From Eutreptiella sp. 'Long Island Sound 2002' (lineage: Eukaryota; Protista; Euglenida): 64,000 nt of DNA. The stretch covers positions 96,038,001-96,102,000 of the forward strand of contig OZ038378.1 in NCBI GenBank assembly GCA_964036045.1, in the 5' to 3' direction. Both the position numbers and the translations under genes were made by a program. Shown in pieces: positions 57,453 to 64,000 of this stretch. The stretch's first letter is position 1. Each line of letters starts with the position of its first letter. The notes beneath the pieces are model-generated. The model saw nothing but the letters and a program-made list of their open reading frames with translations. It ran no database searches and was not told the origin of the DNA.

Positions 57453-60129
57453 ATGGAGGATCTGGCCTCCATGTGTGAAAGGCAATGCCGCAAGGCTTGC
57501 CATCTCCGCTCCGCTGCGGAGGTGTTGGAGGAGACTGGCAGCAACGGCAGAGCCCGGCGTTACCGGAAGCGTGGGTCCCCAAAACTCGCGGCGGAAGCCA
57601 GGGCGATGGAGACGGATCCCAGCCCGGTCAGGCTGTGGTCAGCTGCAGATTCCGAGGGGCACTCCGAGGGCTATCGGACCGCTTACCCTTCGGAGTCGGA
57701 GGAGATGGCCAGACCGCCCACAAGGGCGCACACAGTCCCCGAACCCAGCCTGGAGCATGACGCCGAGGCGTTGGAGAGGCCTACCAGAGCCAGAACGGCG
57801 CCTGTGACCCAGCACACGGAGCCAACGCGGCATAGCATGGGCGACACACCCATGGCGGAGGAGTCCGAGGCGCCGGGAACTGTGGGATGCGCCGGATCAG
57901 GTGGAAAGCACGTTGAGTGCCACTGCAAGCACGTATCCTTCCTCATCGGCAAGTACACAAAGATGGGGATGGACGCCATCGTGCAGCACCTCGACCGCCT
58001 GGACAACGCGAAGGACCGCCTAGAGGAGGACGTCGCGGGGATCCTGGATGACCAGTCGGCAGCGGAGAGAGACATGGCGGAGCTGCGAGCGGAGCAGGAC
58101 CGGTATCAGGAGAAGCTGGAGATGGCCCTGCAGAAGCAGCAGCGAGTGGTGGACAGCCTCCTCCACCTGGTGGAGGACATGTCGGGACGCCTGAAAAGGC
58201 TACAGGAGTTACAACCCCTCGCATCGGGTCCGGAGCTCCCGGCAAAGCCGGCAGCGGGAGATCTGGTGGAGCGGGTTAAGACCCTCAGGAGCGCCATGGA
58301 TAGACCCATGGGCGGCCCTGCAGAGGCACCTTACGCGCCTGCACGTGTCGACCCGGGTGCGCTGCCGTTTGTTCCCATGTTCAGCGAATCCATAATGCTC
58401 GATGAGCGTATGGCAACGGCTGGGTACATGCGGGAAGAGCACGCAATGACGGACCCGAGGAGCCTGACAGTACAGATGTCCCATGCCGCCCAGGATCCAC
58501 CGACCACTACGACTGCCCATGCAGTTTATGCGGAAGAGGAGATCCAGAGCCAGACCATGCAGGGGCGAACCATGGGAAGGGCGGACAGACATGGTCGAGG
58601 CCATCCAGGCAGAAACCTGTGGGTGAAGGACCGCACTACAGGGATATGGACAGCCGGCGGAGCAAGTCCTTCCCGCATCCCAAACCCCATGGGTCCAGGC
58701 CCAACTGGACCGCACTCCACCGAGGAGAGGGATGTACGAGGAGTGTACTCACACCCCCCGGCGACAGGTGGTATCCGTCTCGGTGGAGTGGTGGCTGCGG
58801 ACTTCGGAGACGCCATCAGGATTGATGACCTCAGGGGAATCAAAATCCCCTACTACGATGGCAACCCCTCCAACCTGGATGACTTCATCCTGGATTGGGA
58901 GGACTTCGCCGAGGAGGTCATCGGCGAGATGAAGGGATCACCAAGGGACAAGTGGGTATGCCGGACATTCCCACACAGGCTGGCGCAGGACCTGAACGAG
59001 GAGCTTAGGGATCAGATCCGCAAGGGATTGATCCAGACGGAGCAGGCCTGCCTCCAGTGGCTGGAGGAAGAGGAGCAAGTGGACGCCCCCAACCAGAAGT
59101 TGGAGGATTTGTGGTCCATTCCGCTGCCGCTGGAGCGCGGGGAACTGAGGGTCCGAGAATGGAATCGGTACATCCGCAAGTACCGAAGAAGCCTCAAGCT
59201 GGTGGAGGACTGGAATGAGGCCAGCGAGATCAGACACCTGCTGAAGGACGTCCTCCCCGGCCACTGGAAGAGGCGAGTGGAGGACAAGGAGAAGGAGAGA
59301 GCAAAGAAGCGCGTGGTCATACGGATCATGGCATCGGAGGACACCCCCGTCGGAATAATGGAGTTTTCCCGGCGAAACCTCGGCGAGCCCAGCCGAATGT
59401 TGGGGTTGAAGGTCGCCGTCTACGTGGAGGTATTCGGCGACACCGTGGGGCAAAGGCTGATGCGCCTCAACAACGTGGAGTCGAGGCGCGGAGAGCCGCT
59501 GAGGATGCAGGTCATCTTCGCCCGCATGAGCCTGGACGAGATTGTGAAGTACATCACGGTGGAGCTGAAGCTCAACGCCAAGAACGAGGCCCACATGCAG
59601 GATCGACAAGGCCAAGGACATCGAGGTCATCGAGAAGATCGCCACCACCGAGAGGTCAAGGGGGACACGGTCGGCACCGCGGAGGAAGGGAGTGGAAGCG
59701 GCCAAGATCTCTGGACTGCGATCACGCCAGAGGATCATGAAGAAGCCCGGTTCTTCGCGTTCGTAGCGCACAATATGAAGGAGAATGGGCAGGACAGGTC
59801 CGGGTGGAACCGCCTGGACCCAAGGACCAAGAACCGCAGAGAACCGTGGAGGATCGGGAACCCGCCGCTGGTTCCGCGAGTACAGATCACAGCACCACGG
59901 TTGCTGGGTCTGCTATGGCAAGGGGAACAACCATGCACATGAACACCGGCATTACAAGGTATATGAGGAGGACAAGAAGACCTACTTCGCCGCCCATCCC
60001 GACAAGAAGCCCAAGGAGCAACGAATTGCCGATTGGAAGGCAAAGGGCGGAGATGGTGGAAAAGGCCAAGGAAAGGGCCAAGGGAAAGGCGGAGGAAAAG
60101 GCTATGGTGGAGGACCCAGCCCAGACTGA
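57453..60129 (+). pseudogene. gag: Gypsy-3 gag (coiled-coil, capsid-like core, Cys/His knuckle), one frameshift near 59870
   Basis: Long open frame; KIPYYDGNPSNLDDFILDW; CWVCYGKGNNHAHEH. Confidence 0.8.
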
Positions 60130-60416
60130 CGCGTGAGGTCGATCGAGGAGGTTGCTGAGGACATGTTGAGGACGCTGGAGGAACTCAAAGCCCAGCAAAG
60201 TGGTGGACAAAGTCTGAGCGGATCGCAGCAGGAGGGAGCTGCGGCAGGCCACGTCTAGAGGAGCCCCCACGGGGGTGGGACCTCGGAGGTCTCTCCTCCG
60301 AAAATCAGTGGAATCCGGGAGAAAGCGAAGGCACATCGGGTGCCAAAGAAGGCTCCAGAAGAGCCGAAACCACTGAGTTTCGTCACTCCCGACCCCTGGA
60401 GGGCCCTGCCAGGGAA

Positions 60417-62246
60417 GTGTATGTGGGCAAGGGACGTGGCAAGAAAGAAGGAGCGACCGCGGAGAGCCCCGTGGACGGGCAGGACCAGCCCAAGATCTAC
60501 ACCATCCGTGACCAGACTCTCGAAGTCCTGATGCACCCAGATGTGCTAGAGTTGCATGCCGCGAGAGTCCTCCATACACCGCACGGTGACGAGCGGCAGT
60601 TGCACTTTAAGGTGCGTTTACGGTGCGGACAAGAGGAGTTGGTGGTGGATGTTTTGGTGGATACGGGTGCCCAGGTGAGCCTGGTCCGAAGAGGGTTGTT
60701 CAAGGAGGAATCCCTGCAGCCAAGCCGTAGACCGGTACGCCTGAAGGTGGCCAATGGAGAGATTATGGGTGGTGGCACCCATGAGGCCACTATCAGTATG
60801 GAATTCTGGGAGCATGAGCGCTTGAACCGCCCTGATTTGGCGAAGAGAAGCACTCTATCCGGGAACTTCTATGTGGCCGACATTACAGATTGGGATATGA
60901 TCATGGGGTATGACTTCATGGTGGCAAACGCCATTGGAGCCCTTCCCCATCGCGCAACGCTGGTCCGGGAGGACGATGAATGCCTCACATGGCTGTCCAC
61001 GGATTGTGCATGCGGATCATCCGAATGGAATGCTGAGGAAGAGGATCAGATCGTCCAAGCGGTGCAAGCTGTGGATGCCACGTCCAGAGGAGACCGCGGA
61101 GTTCAGCTCACGGAGTATGGAATGGCGCCGCAGGTGTATGCAAGGATGATTCAGACGCTGGGAGCCGAAGCGCCCGAGACGGACGTCTTCGCTTCCCGGG
61201 ATGCCCCACTTTTGAGGAAATGTAGGAGGCATTGGCATCGAGGAGACTCAGCCTGGCACAGGCATTGGGGTTTGCAGGAGTGGGGGCCCATGTATTGGCA
61301 TGGCTCCCTGGAAAATACCAGACGTACGGTGGAGAAGATCGTTGCGGATAGGGCGAAGGGGATCCTGGTCATAACCGGCATAGGATCCACTCCATGTCCG
61401 CTGGAAGGTCTCAAGTCGACGCTGGATTCCATCACCCTGAACGAGATGTCATTCGGGCCAGAGGAGGAGTTGTTCATCGACGCCAAGGGTTTATCAATGC
61501 CCTCCCCGGGTCAAGCGTGGGGTACCAAGGCTTTCCTGGAGGATGGGGCACAAGCCCAGCCCACGGCTGATGAAGCATTCATCCGTAGGGTTGAGGCAGT
61601 GCCCATGCGGGTCATGTTTGAGCCCAAGGAGGGGACGGATCAGCCAATGGATGGCATTGACGTCCTGTCCCACGCCCAGATCGACCACGTCTTCAACTAC
61701 ATGCGGATGGGGATGCACGACCGTGTGGCGGCCAAGAAGAGGCGGGCGATGGTCACATCTCCGCATTGGTGGGATGACAAGATGTTGGTCACCGGCAAGT
61801 ACGAGAAGAATGAGTTCGTGGCGAGGGTCATGGATCACATCGCGGACAAATATGATGGTCCGGTTGGGTCGGATCCGCCGACGTGGGATTTTCCAAGAAT
61901 GGGGGCCGGTAGCGACAAGAACTCGGCTGATGCCGCAAATTTCCGAAGAATATCGGTGGGAAGAGCTCCCCCCGACAATGAAGACGGCATATCGGACGAG
62001 GAGAAGTCAGACTCCGACCCGGAAGAGGCCTATACCGCAGTGCGGTGGGTTATCTCGATACAGAAGCAAGCGGCTGAAGAGGCCCAGGAGAACCCGAAGG
62101 TCGCCGAGCTGAAGGAGAGGCTGATAAATGCCTATCCGCGGCTCTTCAGTGGCGTCGCCAACAAGAACCCTCCAGATCGTGGGAGGTTTTGCACAGCGAG
62201 GATCAAGCTGAAGCCGAACCCCAAGATCTATCGTCATCGGGTGTAG
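60417..62246 (+). pseudogene. pol: Gypsy-3 pol 5' part: protease, MTase-like domain, unknown domain, pre-RT region
   Basis: LVDTGAQVSLV; TDVFASRDAP..SAW..W..MYWHGS..RTVEKI...KGILVITG; uninterrupted 609-aa frame truncated by foreign sequence. Confidence 0.9.
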
Positions 62247-63199
62247 GGAGCCACACAAGGAGCACAACGCCGCCGCGACGCACGGAAAACACGAAAAGCT
62301 GGGTGTGATAAGTATGTTACACCCACGCAGGGAGCAAAACGGCGACAAGACACACATCACACGAGAGGATAAGGAGGGAAGGGAGCAAGGAGCAAGGAGC
62401 AAGTATGTCACCGTGTCGTGCCACGCCGCGCACACGAGGGAGGCGACGAGCGCCCGGCCCGCGCCATACACACTTAGGCAAAGCAAGGTGTCTCGCTTGT
62501 GCTTCGCATCTTCCCACACCTTGCTGACCCTAAGACCAAGAGGATTAGGTTGATCAAAGTTTGTCTCCCTCGCAAGTATGTTGCATGTCACGCCGCGCAC
62601 GCGGGACGGACAACGAACAAAGGTGGCGGCCAAAGAGGTGTGTGGAGCCATGTCCAGAGCAAGTAGAATATAAACCTACGCCAAACGACGCACGGTAAAA
62701 GACGCCGTAACAAGCACAACACGGTAAGAAATAGGAGAGAGGAGCACACGAACGAAGCAGAAATAGGTGACATACCACACCACCGCAGGATGGCAATAAC
62801 AAGGTGCCATGGCGCGACAAAACCCCCGCCACCGCACGCCCGTGTGCATGTTTCCTCTTCGCAGGTCCGACAGAGAAGGCCCAATGAGAGAGAACGACGA
62901 GCCGGCAAGGAAAAAGACCGAGACACGCACCAAAGCGGAGGCGCTGGCTGAGCGCAGGGAAAAAGTGCATGCCAGGGAGAAGGGTAGAGGAAAGGGTAAA
63001 GAGCAACGAAGCCACGAAAGAAAGAGGGGGTAGCCAGCAGCCGAGCAAGGGGCGCGCGCACGGAAGGGGGCACGGCAAGCACACATCGAGCACAACACCG
63101 CATCGAGACACCGGAGAGGGGAGCACCAGAGGGACAAGAGAAGAGCGGCACCGCGCACCACGACACGCACAGCACGGACACCACACACACCTCACACAC

Positions 63200-64000
63200 C
63201 CATCGAGCCCCGGCAGCCCGCCCAGAGGGTGGGCAGGCGGGGGAGTGGGAGCGTCTGACCCCAGACGCCCCTCACAACGGCGGACGGCAACACCCCCCGG
63301 GAACGCCCTACCGCCACCCCGACGGCGCGCAACGCCGGCCTGCAAGGGCGCGCGCCGTGGGGCCCATGCAGGGTCCCCACGCCCGCACGGACCGCACCCG
63401 GGACACACGGGTCGCGGAACCCTGGCTGCCCGCTCCAGAGGACGGGCGGCCGGGGGAGGGACAGCGCCTGAGACCAGGCGTCCCTCACAGCGGTGGGAGG
63501 CCACCCCCCCCAGGGACGGCCCCCCACCACCCCCGCGGCAGGCAGCCCCCACAGGGCAGGCAGGCCAAAGGGACAGTGTTGGGCACCCACACCCACACAC
63601 CAGCACCCACAGCACGTGGGTGGCGGACCCCAACAGCCCCCCAAGTGGGTGGGCAGTCGGGAAAGGGACAGCGCCTGACCTCAGACGACCCTCACAATGG
63701 TGGAAGGCACCCCCCCCGGGGACGCCCTTCCGCCACCCCCACAGCGAGCAACGGCAGCCCGCAAGGGCGCACGCACGCTGTGGGGCCGGTGCAGGGTCCC
63801 CACGCCCGCACCGACCGCACCCGGGACACACGGGTCGCGGAACACTGGCTGCCCGCTCCAGAGGACGGGTGGCCGGGGGAGGGACAGCGCCTGACACCAG
63901 GCGCCCCTCACAACGGTGGCAGGCCACCCCCCCCTGGGGACGGCCCCCCACCACCCCCGCGCCAGGCAGCCCCCACAGGGCAGGCAGGCCAAAGGGACAG
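63200..64000. repeat. GC-rich tandem repeat, 420-bp period with internal ~210-bp dimer structure; continues past the window end
   Basis: cagacgcccctcacaac at ~63262 recurs at ~63682; gggacagcgcctga..ccctcaca sub-repeats recur about every half period. Confidence 0.85.

Larger units (their letters stand above)
54956..62246 (+). mobile_element. Gypsy-3: 3'-truncated Ty3/Gypsy element (5' LTR, PBS, gag, PR, MTase-like domain, start of RT)
   Basis: Interrupts Gypsy-2 pol; PBS at 57275; gag and pol homologous to Gypsy-1; breaks off at TARIKLKPNPKIYRHR. Confidence 0.9.

Noticed and set aside
62554-63954. 466-aa minus-strand ORF
   Set aside because: It is a by-product of a GC-rich tandem repeat; the translation is repetitive with no domain.

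Overview
Eukaryotic, repeat-dense window made almost entirely of nested, mostly decayed transposons; the organism cannot be identified from the sequence. Left part: a LINE (APE-RT-RNaseH-CCHC, 1-21144) is split inside its RT by a complete 13.7-kb chromodomain Ty3/Gypsy element (3697-17385, 2.6-kb LTRs, PBS, PPT, 7-9-bp TSD). That LINE abuts a second, antisense LINE fragment. Middle part: a two-gene unit (RAG1/Transib-like transposase plus an unknown accessory gene) whose four candidate GT-AG introns share a CTAG motif; an ORFan; the last exon of a host short-chain dehydrogenase; and a 5.6-kb TIR DNA transposon (34-bp TIRs, perfect 5-bp TSD) with nine copies of an ~18-bp palindrome in its apparently non-coding parts. 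Right part: two more nested, truncated Gypsy elements and a GC-rich 420-bp tandem repeat. The most notable signal is a DIRS/phage-Dam-like N6-adenine methyltransferase-like domain between protease and RT in two distinct Gypsy families. All domain assignments come from motif recognition by eye; no database search was run.
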